Virus record (IMG/VR): IMGVR_UViG_3300025676_000021
Coordinates: 1 to 58,127 of that record
Length of the DNA: 58,127 nt
Strand: one strand, 5' to 3'
Origin: a virus
Taxonomy: Duplodnaviria > Caudoviricetes
Shown here in pieces: positions 9,497 through 18,178 of this stretch. The translations under genes were made by a program, and so were the position numbers. The notes beneath the pieces were generated by a model, which was not told where the DNA came from, did no database searches, and was given only the letters and a program-made list of their open reading frames with translations. Position 1 is the stretch's first letter; every line of letters starts with the position of its first letter.

Positions 9497-10414
9497 ATGG
9501 CAATATCACGAAGTCAACTAGTTAAAGAACTAGAGCCAGGTTTGAATGCTTTATTCGGCCTGGAATATAGTCGTTATGAAAATCAGCATGCTGAAATTTT
9601 TGCGACTGAAACATCTGACAGAGCTTTCGAAGAAGAAGTAATGTTAAGCGGTTTCGCTTCTGCACCAACTAAACAAGAAGGTGCTGGAGTAGTGTTTGAT
9701 CAAGCAGGTGAAACTTTCACAGCAAGATACAACCACGAAACAATCGCTTTAGCATTTGCTATCACTGAAGAAGCAATTGAAGATAACCTATACGATAGAC
9801 TTGCGGGCAGATACACAAGAGCCCTTGCAAGATCTATGGCAAACACGAAGCAAGTTAAAGCTGCGAACATTTTGAACAATGCGCAAGTTACAACTGCAAC
9901 TGGTGGAGATGGTGAATCCCTAATCGGAAACGCTCACCCATTAGCTACAGGCGGAACTTTCTCAAACGTTCTAACTGTTGCTGCAGATCTTAACGAAACT
10001 TCTCTCGAGCAGTCATTAATTGACATTGCTGGATTTGTCGATGAAAGAGGCTTGAAAATAGCTTCTTCAGGTAGAAAAATGATCATTCCAAAAGAACTAC
10101 AGTTCACTGCGGAAAGAATCATGAAGTCACCAATGAGAGTTGGAACTGCCGACAATGATATCAATGCAATTAACAACATGGGAATGGTTCCTGAAGGTTA
10201 CAGAGTTAATAACTTTTTAACTGACACGGATTCGTTCTTCTTGTTAACTGATGTGCCTAACGGATTAAAATATTTCGTTAGATCACCTATCAAAACTGCT
10301 ATGGAAGGAGACTTCGATACAGGTAATATGAGATTTAAAGCTAGAGAAAGATACAGCTTCGGTTGGTCAGACCCAAGATGTGTGTTTGGTAACGGAAACT
10401 TACCAACTAGTTAA
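9497..10414 (+). CDS. Major capsid protein
   Basis: MAISRSQLVKELEPGLNALFGLEY...ITEEAIEDNLY...KARERYSFGWSDPR, characteristic of an abundant marine podovirus capsid family; followed by terminator. Confidence 0.92.
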   Translation: MAISRSQLVKELEPGLNALFGLEYSRYENQHAEIFATETSDRAFEEEVMLSGFASAPTKQEGAGVVFDQAGETFTARYNHETIALAFAITEEAIEDNLYDRLAGRYTRALARSMANTKQVKAANILNNAQVTTATGGDGESLIGNAHPLATGGTFSNVLTVAADLNETSLEQSLIDIAGFVDERGLKIASSGRKMIIPKELQFTAERIMKSPMRVGTADNDINAINNMGMVPEGYRVNNFLTDTDSFFLLTDVPNGLKYFVRSPIKTAMEGDFDTGNMRFKARERYSFGWSDPRCVFGNGNLPTS

Positions 10415-10446
10415 TAGTCAATATACTTAACCCTTAAGGGTTACTT

Positions 10447-10482
10447 AAAAAGGGCGGTGCAATTTGCACTGCCCTTTTTTTT
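10447..10482 (+). terminator. Rho-independent terminator after major capsid gene
   Basis: AGGGCGGTGCA-ATT-TGCACTGCCCT followed by T8; preceded by the 16-bp palindrome TAACCCTTAAGGGTTA (10428-10443). Confidence 0.85.
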
Positions 10483-10497
10483 ATGCTAGGTAATCTT

Positions 10498-11019
10498 ATG
10501 ATTATTAATAAAGATATTCAAAAAAAAGTAGATCAAGATTATTTTTTTATTCAAGGCAGGATACAATTAGATACTGAATATTTTATAAACAAAATAAATC
10601 AATCCTGCAATTCTGAAGACAATTTAAATTATCAAACAAACGTAAAAGGAAATATGACTCCTTTTAAATTTTTTCAAAAAGACCAAAATTTTATAAGACT
10701 ATTAAATATTTTTATTGAGTATGTTGATGAAAACGTATCTTTACGAAGCTACAAACTAAGTACTGCATGGGGTTTTTCAAATAAGCCCTTGGAAACAACT
10801 AATTTTCATGATCATTTTGGTTCGGTTTGGTCTGGAGCAATTTACTTAAATTCTTGTAATCAAACTTTAGATTTTCCTCAAATAAATCAATCATTAAAAC
10901 CAGAAGAAGGTTCTTTTGCTCTTTTTAGTTCTTTCCTAAATCATGGTTGTAAGAGAAATAAAGATAATTTTGAAAAATTTGGACTAAGTTTTAATATGGA
11001 AGAAGTTAAACCATGGTAA
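10498..11019 (+). CDS. Putative 2OG-Fe(II) oxygenase (HxH type)
   Basis: FHDH..WSGAIYL...LFSSFLNHG; start at 10498 or 10483. Confidence 0.7.
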   Translation: MIINKDIQKKVDQDYFFIQGRIQLDTEYFINKINQSCNSEDNLNYQTNVKGNMTPFKFFQKDQNFIRLLNIFIEYVDENVSLRSYKLSTAWGFSNKPLETTNFHDHFGSVWSGAIYLNSCNQTLDFPQINQSLKPEEGSFALFSSFLNHGCKRNKDNFEKFGLSFNMEEVKPW

Positions 11020-11029
11020 GCATAGAGTT

Positions 11030-11674
11030 ATGAAAGATGGTTTTCACTTATTGTTTGGTCTTCCAGTTTTTAAAACCAAAATTAATCCGAATGAATATAA
11101 TAAAAAAGACATTGTAGAAATAATTGATAATAATTTTAAAAAAGAAAAAGAAAGAAACGTTTGGTCCACAGATCCTTGGGGAACAAAAATACATCAATCT
11201 CTACACGATGATAACAATAAAAATTTCCAAACTCCAGATTATACCTTTGTTGCAAAAACATATGTAAAACCTTTGCAAGATTATCTTTCTCAATTAAATT
11301 TAAAACGAGATATTAAGTTTAATCTAAAAGTTATTAATTATACTGCTTCAAATTTTCAATCTTTAATGGAACCCCATCTGCACGGTAATAGTGAATTTAG
11401 TATGATTCACTATATAAAATTTGATAAAAATGAAAATGCCCCAACAACATTTTTAAACCCTTATAATTTTTTCGGTTACAATGTCCGAATGGAGCTTTTG
11501 TCCAATAAAATGAATTTAAAAAATTTGCAAAATAGCTGGAATATGGAAGAATGGGTTTATGATACAGAAGAAGATGATTTAATTATTTTTCCTGCAGTTT
11601 TGAAGCATATGGTAAAAAATAAAGATAGTAATAAACTAAGGATTACTTTAGCTGCAAATGTTGAGATATTCTAG
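11030..11674 (+). CDS. Putative 2OG-Fe(II) oxygenase (TIGR02466-like)
   Basis: LFGLPVF N-terminus, PHLH..FSMIHYI, IIFPAVLKHMV, RITLAAN. Confidence 0.8.
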   Translation: MKDGFHLLFGLPVFKTKINPNEYNKKDIVEIIDNNFKKEKERNVWSTDPWGTKIHQSLHDDNNKNFQTPDYTFVAKTYVKPLQDYLSQLNLKRDIKFNLKVINYTASNFQSLMEPHLHGNSEFSMIHYIKFDKNENAPTTFLNPYNFFGYNVRMELLSNKMNLKNLQNSWNMEEWVYDTEEDDLIIFPAVLKHMVKNKDSNKLRITLAANVEIF

Positions 11675-11727
11675 AGGTCTTTATTAGCTCCTTATTTGAG
11701 TGTATAATATAATTTCTAGAAATTAAT

Positions 11728-11790
11728 AATTTTGTAGACTGACTAGACAGACGCTATAGAGACTACAAAATTTAACCGCTATAGAGGAGA
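11728..11790 (+). promoter_or_regulatory. Structured 5' leader (10-bp stem, internal repeat of RBS-proximal sequence)
   Basis: AATTTTGTAG/CTACAAAATT perfect stem; CGCTATAGAG at 11752 and 11777; TATAAT at 11703. Confidence 0.5.
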
Positions 11791-11796
11791 AATATT

Positions 11797-12354
11797 ATGG
11801 CAAGAACAACGTTTGACGGACCGGTCAGATCACTAAATGGTTTTTTGGGAACAGGTCCAAATATGGCAGCTTCAATAACAGGCACCGTTGATGGTGGAAC
11901 TGATATTGCAGGCATTGATGCCTATCAAGGAAAAATTATACAGGTTGGAAACGCTGACACTGTATTTAATTTACCTTCAATCATAGACACGGCTGACGGA
12001 GCTTCAGCAGGTGGAAGTGATCCAGCTAATTTAAACAGAGTAGGAATAAAGTATCACTTTATTGTAACTGCAAGTTTAACAGCTGCTAACACTTTTGTTT
12101 TAAATGCAGGAACTGCTGCTGGTAGAACAACAGCTGATGTTTTCAGAGGAATGGCAATCTACAACAATACAGCAACTGATCCAGGGGCTGTAACTGCTTT
12201 TTCAGCAGGTGGAACTGATACCCTAACTTTAACTGCAACTACTAAAGGTGGGCTAGAAGGTGCTCAAATTGAGTGTCAAGCAGTCGATGGTTTAATTTGG
12301 CAAATAAGCGCACAACTAATTGGTAATGGTGCATTTGCTCAACCGTGGAGTTAA
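11797..12354 (+). CDS. Virion structural protein (capsid fibre/spike-like)
   Basis: MARTTFDGPVRSLNGF N-terminus; Gly/Ala/Thr-rich; strong RBS; late region. Confidence 0.6.
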   Translation: MARTTFDGPVRSLNGFLGTGPNMAASITGTVDGGTDIAGIDAYQGKIIQVGNADTVFNLPSIIDTADGASAGGSDPANLNRVGIKYHFIVTASLTAANTFVLNAGTAAGRTTADVFRGMAIYNNTATDPGAVTAFSAGGTDTLTLTATTKGGLEGAQIECQAVDGLIWQISAQLIGNGAFAQPWS

Positions 12355-12364
12355 TAATTAAATA

Positions 12365-12384
12365 GTGGCTCCTTCGGGAGCCAC
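12365..12384 (+). other. cUUCGg tetraloop hairpin without U-tract
   Basis: GTGGCTCC-TTCG-GGAGCCAC followed by AAACAG and an RBS. Confidence 0.7.
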
Positions 12385-12402
12385 AAACAGTAGGAGAAAA
12401 TT

Positions 12403-12693
12403 ATGTCAGGTGGAGGAAGTTTTACATCAGATCAAGGAAGTGCCCATGCTATAGCAACAGCACAAATGGTTGTACAAAACAGAAGAGCTAGGCTTACATC
12501 TATTCAAGCTAAAGGTAATGCAAGTGGTTCAATCATTTTTAAAAGTGGTGGAGCAACTGGTACAACGATTGCAACGTACTTATTCGGAACTGAAGGTTTA
12601 GATATGTATTTACCTGGTTCAGGTATTTTATTTGTAGACGGAATACATGCAACTATTGCTGGAACTGCAGGTGTAACAATTACATTTACTTAA
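12403..12693 (+). CDS. Small virion structural protein
   Basis: 96 aa beta-rich, PGSGILFVDGIH motif, RBS AGGAG. Confidence 0.55.
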   Translation: MSGGGSFTSDQGSAHAIATAQMVVQNRRARLTSIQAKGNASGSIIFKSGGATGTTIATYLFGTEGLDMYLPGSGILFVDGIHATIAGTAGVTITFT

Positions 12694-12694
12694 G

Positions 12695-13417
12695 ATGAGC
12701 AAAATTAAATTAGCTTATACAGGCGGTAAATACGCAGGCAAAAAGTTGATTGATATTGTTAAAAGTTTAAAGAAAAATCTTAAGGCTAAAAAAGCTAAAC
12801 AAACACCTAGTAAAAGAACTCTTTCAGCAAGGAAATCTAAAGCAAATGTTGAAAGAGCTGGACGAGGAACTAAATCAATTAAAGCTTACAACATTAGAGC
12901 GGGAGCTAGAAATGACAAGATGGTTCCTATCAAAAAACAGTCACAAAAAGGTAGTTCTTTTCAAACACATAGCGTAAGAACACCTGGAGCAAATTCTGCT
13001 AGAGGCATGGGTTTGTCAAGATACGGAAGTGAAGGTTCTGCATCATCTTGGAGATCTGATATGGACAGGTTTCAAGAAATACCCTTAGCTTCTTTTTTTA
13101 AAAAAAACAAAAAAGCGCTTGGTGGTGTTGCTGGTTTTAAAAGAGGCGGAGATAATATGCCTGCTAGAAATAAAAAGAATTTTAGATCCACTAAAAGTGG
13201 TGCAGGTATGACAGCAGCAGGAGTTGCTTCATACAGAAGAAAAAATCCAGGAAGTAAATTATCAACTGCAGTAACGGAAGATAATCCAGGTAAAAAAAGA
13301 TCAGCACGTAGAAAATCGTATTGTGCAAGATCAGCAGGGCAAATGAAAAAATTCCCTAAAGCCGCAGCAGACCCCAATTCTAGGTTAAGACAAGCTAGAA
13401 GAAGATGGAAGTGCTAG
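12695..13417 (+). CDS. Very basic protein with C-terminal DUF6321-like domain
   Basis: GAGMTAAGVASYRRKNPGSKL...RRKSYCARS...DPNSRLRQARRRWKC; family name recalled, not searched. Confidence 0.6.
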   Translation: MSKIKLAYTGGKYAGKKLIDIVKSLKKNLKAKKAKQTPSKRTLSARKSKANVERAGRGTKSIKAYNIRAGARNDKMVPIKKQSQKGSSFQTHSVRTPGANSARGMGLSRYGSEGSASSWRSDMDRFQEIPLASFFKKNKKALGGVAGFKRGGDNMPARNKKNFRSTKSGAGMTAAGVASYRRKNPGSKLSTAVTEDNPGKKRSARRKSYCARSAGQMKKFPKAAADPNSRLRQARRRWKC

Positions 13418-13626
13418 TAAAAAGTTACTGGTTATTTTTAGATACCCTTCTTTATGTTACACTGTACTCATTATTTATTTTAGTAATAATAGGAATATTT
13501 TTAAAAACTATGATTGACAAATTTTTTTATTCGTTCTTTGGAGCATTAGATAATATATGGAATTTTTTTACTGCATCTAAGGATGATAGTAAAAAAAGGA
13601 GAAAAGGAGAAAAAGATGATAGATAA
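13405..13626 (+). CDS. Small membrane protein (may start at ATG 13510, MIDKFF)
   Basis: Hydrophobic N-half and charged tail. Confidence 0.5.
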   Translation: MEVLVKSYWLFLDTLLYVTLYSLFILVIIGIFLKTMIDKFFYSFFGALDNIWNFFTASKDDSKKRRKGEKDDR

Positions 13627-13717
13627 ATTAAAAAGTAAAGCTATGCATTACTGGTCAGACCACAAGATTGAATGTCTTGTAGTTGTTGTTCTTGTTGTAG
13701 CTTATATTGTTAAGTAA
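13616..13717 (+). CDS. Single-TM microprotein (33 aa, not in ORF track)
   Basis: MIDKLKSKAMHYWSDHKIECLVVVVLVVAYIVK; AGGAGA RBS; TAATG-coupled to next gene. Confidence 0.65.
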   Translation: MIDKLKSKAMHYWSDHKIECLVVVVLVVAYIVK

Positions 13718-14028
13718 TGAATTTAGTAGATTTACTTAAAAAAAATATAGTAATGGTTCCGGTTGTAGCTTCGGTTATAGTCGGAACTTTTACAGGTGTT
13801 AGATATATAGTAAATCTTACAGATACAATAAATCAAAACGAATTAAGACTTACCAACCTTGAAAGAGATGTTGGTGTATTAGAAACAAGTATTACAGATA
13901 TTAACACGAGATTATCTTCTGCTGAAGCTACTTGGCAGATGGCCGAAAATTTATACAGAACTTTAGCTGATCAAGTTAGAGAGCACACTTACGATATAAA
14001 AGATTTAAACAGAGAAATGAACTATTAA
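13717..14028 (+). CDS. N-terminal TM plus coiled-coil protein
   Basis: IVMVPVVASVIVGTF helix followed by heptads. Confidence 0.6.
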   Translation: MNLVDLLKKNIVMVPVVASVIVGTFTGVRYIVNLTDTINQNELRLTNLERDVGVLETSITDINTRLSSAEATWQMAENLYRTLADQVREHTYDIKDLNREMNY

Positions 14029-14041
14029 GGATTTATGCAAC

Positions 14042-14644
14042 ATGGAGATAGCCAGGATGGATTACAGATTTACAGCGATACTGATTGTGATGATGACTTT
14101 GTTAGCATTGTTTGGTGGACCTGCGCATAGCAGAAATGACTATCTTAATAATGGTACTAGTACCTGTAGCACTGGTGATGTTAGCGTATCAATCGAACAG
14201 AGGGACTCAGAGAATAGGTATAGACACTTTAATTCTGATAATAATTATGACAGCCCTTCTGATGATAGGTCCTTACGTCTTACTTTTAGACACTATCTAG
14301 GATCAGCCTGCACTGATGATTTTAAAAAAGTACAACAAGAGAATATGGAGTTAAAACAACAACTAGAATTAATGAAAATGTGTGGAAAAGTAAATAAAAA
14401 CCCTACTTTAAAATACAATCCAAACTTCCATTTGCTGGTCGCAAAATGCTCTGGTATATTAGTGAAGGATGAAAATCAGGAAAGACCTGAAGGTAGTGCT
14501 TGGGATGACCTAAGAGATGATTATCAAAAATTACCTGAACACAAAGATAAAAAATTTATGGGTACAAAGGATATAATGAAGAATAACACATTAAAAACAC
14601 CACCCAAAGATTATATATTACCATTACCAAAGCCTAAAAAATGA
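14042..14644 (+). CDS. Exported/periplasmic Cys-containing protein
   Basis: Signal peptide-like FTAILIVMMTLLALFGGPAHS; four Cys. Confidence 0.55.
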   Translation: MEIARMDYRFTAILIVMMTLLALFGGPAHSRNDYLNNGTSTCSTGDVSVSIEQRDSENRYRHFNSDNNYDSPSDDRSLRLTFRHYLGSACTDDFKKVQQENMELKQQLELMKMCGKVNKNPTLKYNPNFHLLVAKCSGILVKDENQERPEGSAWDDLRDDYQKLPEHKDKKFMGTKDIMKNNTLKTPPKDYILPLPKPKK

Positions 14645-15027
14645 GCCAAGATAGACAAGTTAGATTTAGTGATACAACATCAGTAGCCATGCCAATTAAA
14701 AATATGATTGGTATAGTTGTTGCAGTTGCTATGGGTGTGTTTGCCTATACTGAGGTCACTGCTAGACTAACATCGTTAGAGACATCACGTGAATTGTTTC
14801 AAGCTGATCTTCTAAAAAAAAGTGAGCAATTGCCTACGGACCAAGAACAATACATGTTAATAGAAGATTTATATAAAACAACAGAGAAGTTAGAGAAAAC
14901 TCAAGAACAAAATATGACTAACAAAGTTAATATAGAATTTTTAAAAGCACAACTAGAAAAAGCATTAGATGATGTTGAAAATTTAAAAGATAAAGTTAGG
15001 CGAAATGGAAATGGTACACACGAATGA
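14641..15027 (+). CDS. N-terminal TM plus coiled-coil protein
   Basis: MIGIVVAVAMGVFAY helix followed by coiled coil; ATGA-coupled. Confidence 0.6.
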   Translation: MSQDRQVRFSDTTSVAMPIKNMIGIVVAVAMGVFAYTEVTARLTSLETSRELFQADLLKKSEQLPTDQEQYMLIEDLYKTTEKLEKTQEQNMTNKVNIEFLKAQLEKALDDVENLKDKVRRNGNGTHE

Positions 15028-15233
15028 TTGAATCTGTTGTAGCTTTATGTATGTTTATAGCAGGAGAACTAACAGAGCATCGTATTCAACCTGCAATGAG
15101 TGATTGTTTAAAAGGTAAGCGAGTTGCAGAAAGATCTTCTAGCGATAACATAGAATATAAATGTGGTAAAGTAGAAGCAGAAATAGAAAAAAATATTGAT
15201 GGTAGCAAAGCAATAAAAAAAATAATAGAATGA
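15024..15233 (+). CDS. Small Cys-containing hypothetical protein
   Basis: 69 aa; coupled to neighbours; directly before the endolysin. Confidence 0.55.
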   Translation: MIESVVALCMFIAGELTEHRIQPAMSDCLKGKRVAERSSSDNIEYKCGKVEAEIEKNIDGSKAIKKIIE

Positions 15234-15706
15234 ACCTTTCACAAAATTTCACTCTTCAAGAGTTAATCAAATCAGACACGGCTATACGTTTAGGGATTGA
15301 TAATAATCCTAACTCTGATCAAATAGAAAAATTAAAAACATTATGTGAAAATGTATTGCAACCGGTCAGAGACCACTTCGGTAGAGTTAAAATCACATCA
15401 GGGTTCCGTACTATTCAGCTTTGCCAAGCTATAGGGAGTTCAGAAAAATCTCAACATGCAAAAGCCGAGGCGGTTGATTTCGAATGTATAGGAGTTGACA
15501 ACGCTGAAGTAGCTGATTGGGTCCATATGAACTGTGAAACAGATCAGCTGATCCTCGAGTTTTACACACCTGGAGAACCAAATTCCGGATGGATACACGC
15601 AAGTTACATACCTTATCAACCAAGAAGACAGTTTATGCATGCTTATAGAGAGAATAAAAAAGTTAAATACAAACCAATTATAGGAAAGGCGAAGGACTTA
15701 ATATAA
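15230..15706 (+). CDS. Endolysin, peptidase M15A family
   Basis: LSQNFTLQEL, ITSGFR, SQH..AEAVD, WIHAS zinc-binding motifs. Confidence 0.9.
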   Translation: MNLSQNFTLQELIKSDTAIRLGIDNNPNSDQIEKLKTLCENVLQPVRDHFGRVKITSGFRTIQLCQAIGSSEKSQHAKAEAVDFECIGVDNAEVADWVHMNCETDQLILEFYTPGEPNSGWIHASYIPYQPRRQFMHAYRENKKVKYKPIIGKAKDLI

Positions 15707-15837
15707 TGGCAATAGGAAGAGGACAAATAACTGCACAAATAAACGGTAAGTTAAGAGGGGCTAGAGGTGAAAAAAAGAAAAAACTACAATTTAAAAACAA
15801 ACTTAATCGCAAAAAAGCTAAGGTCTTCAAAGTTTAG
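15706..15837 (+). CDS. Basic microprotein with capsid-like N-terminus (not in ORF track)
   Basis: MAIGRGQITAQINGKLRGARGEKKKKLQFKNKLNRKKAKVFKV; TAATG-coupled. Confidence 0.6.
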   Translation: MAIGRGQITAQINGKLRGARGEKKKKLQFKNKLNRKKAKVFKV

Positions 15838-15916
15838 TCAAAAAGTGATACAATCCAAGAAATTGTACAACCGTAAAAAGGATAATAATGGCGACTTCAG
15901 GGACGACTACATTTGA
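15767..15916 (+). CDS. Basic microprotein, NxIAK...KKxYNRKK type (not in ORF track)
   Basis: GTG start: MKKRKNYNLKTNLIAKKLRSSKFSQKVIQSKKLYNRKKDNNGDFRDDYI. Confidence 0.5.
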   Translation: MKKRKNYNLKTNLIAKKLRSSKFSQKVIQSKKLYNRKKDNNGDFRDDYI

Positions 15917-16583
15917 TCTATCTATAGAAGAAATTATACAGGAAGCCTACGAAAGATGTGGTATGACTACAACTAGTGGTCATAGTTTAAAATCAGCTAG
16001 AACTAGTTTAAATTTATTGTTTGCAGAATGGGCCAATAGAGGTATCCACTTATGGAAAGTATCCTTACATGAAAATCAATTAGTTTCTGGACAAGCTGAA
16101 TATTCAGTAAGTTCTGGAGTAAGTGATGTTCTTGAAGCATTTGTTTCAACTACTGGTGCAGGCTCAAATACAACAGATACTCAAGATGTTGCTTTAACTA
16201 AAATTGACAGATCTGCTTATTCAGCACTTCCCAATAAATTAGCCGTAGGTCAGCCTTCTCAATACTATGTAGCTAGGCAAGATACTCCAAAAATATATTT
16301 ATACCAAGCCCCTAATTTAAATACATATACTTATTTAAAGTATTATGTAATTAAAAGAATTGAAGATGCTGGATCTTATACTAATGATGCTGATGTAGTA
16401 TTTAGATTTTTACCTTGTATGGTTGCAGGACTTGCTTATTATTTATCTATGAAAAATTCACCAACGCTTGTACAACAAAATAAATTAATTTATGAAGACC
16501 AACTTAAGAGAGCTCTTGATGAAGATGGTCAAAGAGCATCTACGTTTATTACACCTCAATCTTTTTACCCTAATGGAATATAA
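15888..16583 (+). CDS. Head-tail adaptor/connector protein
   Basis: IIQEAYERCG, SLNLLFAEWANRG, GQPSQYY, FLPCMVAGLAYYL motifs; position after capsid and lysis genes. Confidence 0.65.
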   Translation: MATSGTTTFDLSIEEIIQEAYERCGMTTTSGHSLKSARTSLNLLFAEWANRGIHLWKVSLHENQLVSGQAEYSVSSGVSDVLEAFVSTTGAGSNTTDTQDVALTKIDRSAYSALPNKLAVGQPSQYYVARQDTPKIYLYQAPNLNTYTYLKYYVIKRIEDAGSYTNDADVVFRFLPCMVAGLAYYLSMKNSPTLVQQNKLIYEDQLKRALDEDGQRASTFITPQSFYPNGI

Positions 16584-16585
16584 TA

Positions 16586-17044
16586 ATGGCAAAATGGGCA
16601 ACAGGTAAAAGAAGTTTATCAATATCAGATAGATCTGGAATGGCTTTTCCTTATACGGAAATGGTTAAAGAATGGAATGGTTCTTTAGTTCATTATTCTG
16701 AATTTGAACCAAAACACCCTCAAATAAGAAGAAGACATTTTACTGCTGATGCAATCGCATTACAAAATACAAGACCACAACGATTTCAACAGCCCACAGA
16801 TATTTCAAATATAAATCCACAGGCACCCCAAGATGATACAATAGTAAGTTCAGGTGGTTCTATGGTTGGAATAGCTAATTTATCATTACCCGGTCAATTT
16901 GCTTTTCAAACACAATACATAGAAGTAACTAGAGATGGAGTAACTTCAATTTTACATAGTATGATTCCACAAAATCCTTCTTTACAAAATAGAAGAAGAC
17001 AAGCAGATTTAACTTTAGGTAACATAACAGTGAGTATTACATAA
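16586..17044 (+). CDS. Conserved virion-module protein
   Basis: ATGKRSLSISDRSG..FPY..EWNG..EPKHPQ; between two adaptor-like genes. Confidence 0.55.
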   Translation: MAKWATGKRSLSISDRSGMAFPYTEMVKEWNGSLVHYSEFEPKHPQIRRRHFTADAIALQNTRPQRFQQPTDISNINPQAPQDDTIVSSGGSMVGIANLSLPGQFAFQTQYIEVTRDGVTSILHSMIPQNPSLQNRRRQADLTLGNITVSIT

Positions 17045-17703
17045 TGGCAGTAACATATTCTAATTTTTTGACACAAGTAAGAAACTATACCGAAGTAGAT
17101 AATAATGTTTTAACAGACGCAATACTTCAAGACTTCATAAGATCTGTTGAATTAGATATTGCTGGTAAAGTTGATTATGATGATTTGAGAAAATATTCTA
17201 CATCCAACTTTACATTAAATAACAGATATCTAAGTTTACCCTCTGATTTAACTATAATAAGATCGGTACAAGTTATCAATAGCGGCACTAGACAGTTTCT
17301 AGAAAAAAGAGATACAAGCTATATTTCTGAATATAATAGTTCTTCAGCTACAGGGGTCCCTGCCTATTGGGCTAGTTGGGATGATTTTAATTTATTAGTG
17401 GCACCTGTTCCTAATTCAGCATATGAAGTACAAATAAATTATATTACGGACCCACCTCAATTTACTTCAACTAACGAAACTTTTATATCTAAATATCAAG
17501 AATCTATGTTGTTACATGGTGTTCTAACAGAATCTTTCAGATACCTAAAAGGTCCTATGGATATGTACAATCTTTACGAAAAGAAGTACAATGAAGAAGT
17601 ACAGAATTTTGCCCTACAACAAATGGGTAGAAGAAGACGAGCGGAGTATGATGATGGTGTACCTAGAGTACAAATACCTTCACCTCCTCCAAACACAAAT
17701 TAA
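17044..17703 (+). CDS. Adaptor/tail tubular protein A-like
   Basis: TYSNFLTQVRNYTE, GVPAYW, VAPVP, LLHGVL, RRRAEY. Confidence 0.6.
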   Translation: MAVTYSNFLTQVRNYTEVDNNVLTDAILQDFIRSVELDIAGKVDYDDLRKYSTSNFTLNNRYLSLPSDLTIIRSVQVINSGTRQFLEKRDTSYISEYNSSSATGVPAYWASWDDFNLLVAPVPNSAYEVQINYITDPPQFTSTNETFISKYQESMLLHGVLTESFRYLKGPMDMYNLYEKKYNEEVQNFALQQMGRRRRAEYDDGVPRVQIPSPPPNTN

Positions 17704-17717
17704 TAAGGAGAATAATT

Positions 17718-18161
17718 ATGGCAATAACAACAAATGCAATCTGTGATTCTTTTAAAAAAGAATTACTACAAGGAAAACACGATTTTGATACATCATCTGA
17801 TACTTACAAATTAGCGATGTATACAAGTTCTGCAACTTTAGGAAAGTCAACAACAAACTATGCAACTACAAATGAAGTTACTTCATCAAACTACACAGCG
17901 GGTGGTGGAGCACTAGTCAATCAAGGTGTAAAAGTTTCATCTTCAGTAGCTATTACTGATTTTGCTGATCTTAGTTTTCAAAACGTAACTCTTACTGCAA
18001 GAGGTGCTTTGATTTATAATACAACAACTGACGGTGGTACAGGTACTACTGATGCAGTCGCTGTATTAGATTTTGGAAGTGATAAAACTGCAACTGCAGG
18101 GACATTCACTATTCAATTCCCAGCATTTACTACTTCTGCTGCTATTTTAAGAATAGCCTAA
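17718..18161 (+). CDS. Tail structural protein
   Basis: AICDSFKKELL..HDF, YTAGG, TARGALIYN, VLDFGSDKT; strong RBS. Confidence 0.65.
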   Translation: MAITTNAICDSFKKELLQGKHDFDTSSDTYKLAMYTSSATLGKSTTNYATTNEVTSSNYTAGGGALVNQGVKVSSSVAITDFADLSFQNVTLTARGALIYNTTTDGGTGTTDAVAVLDFGSDKTATAGTFTIQFPAFTTSAAILRIA

Positions 18162-18178
18162 TAAAGGAATAAGATGAT

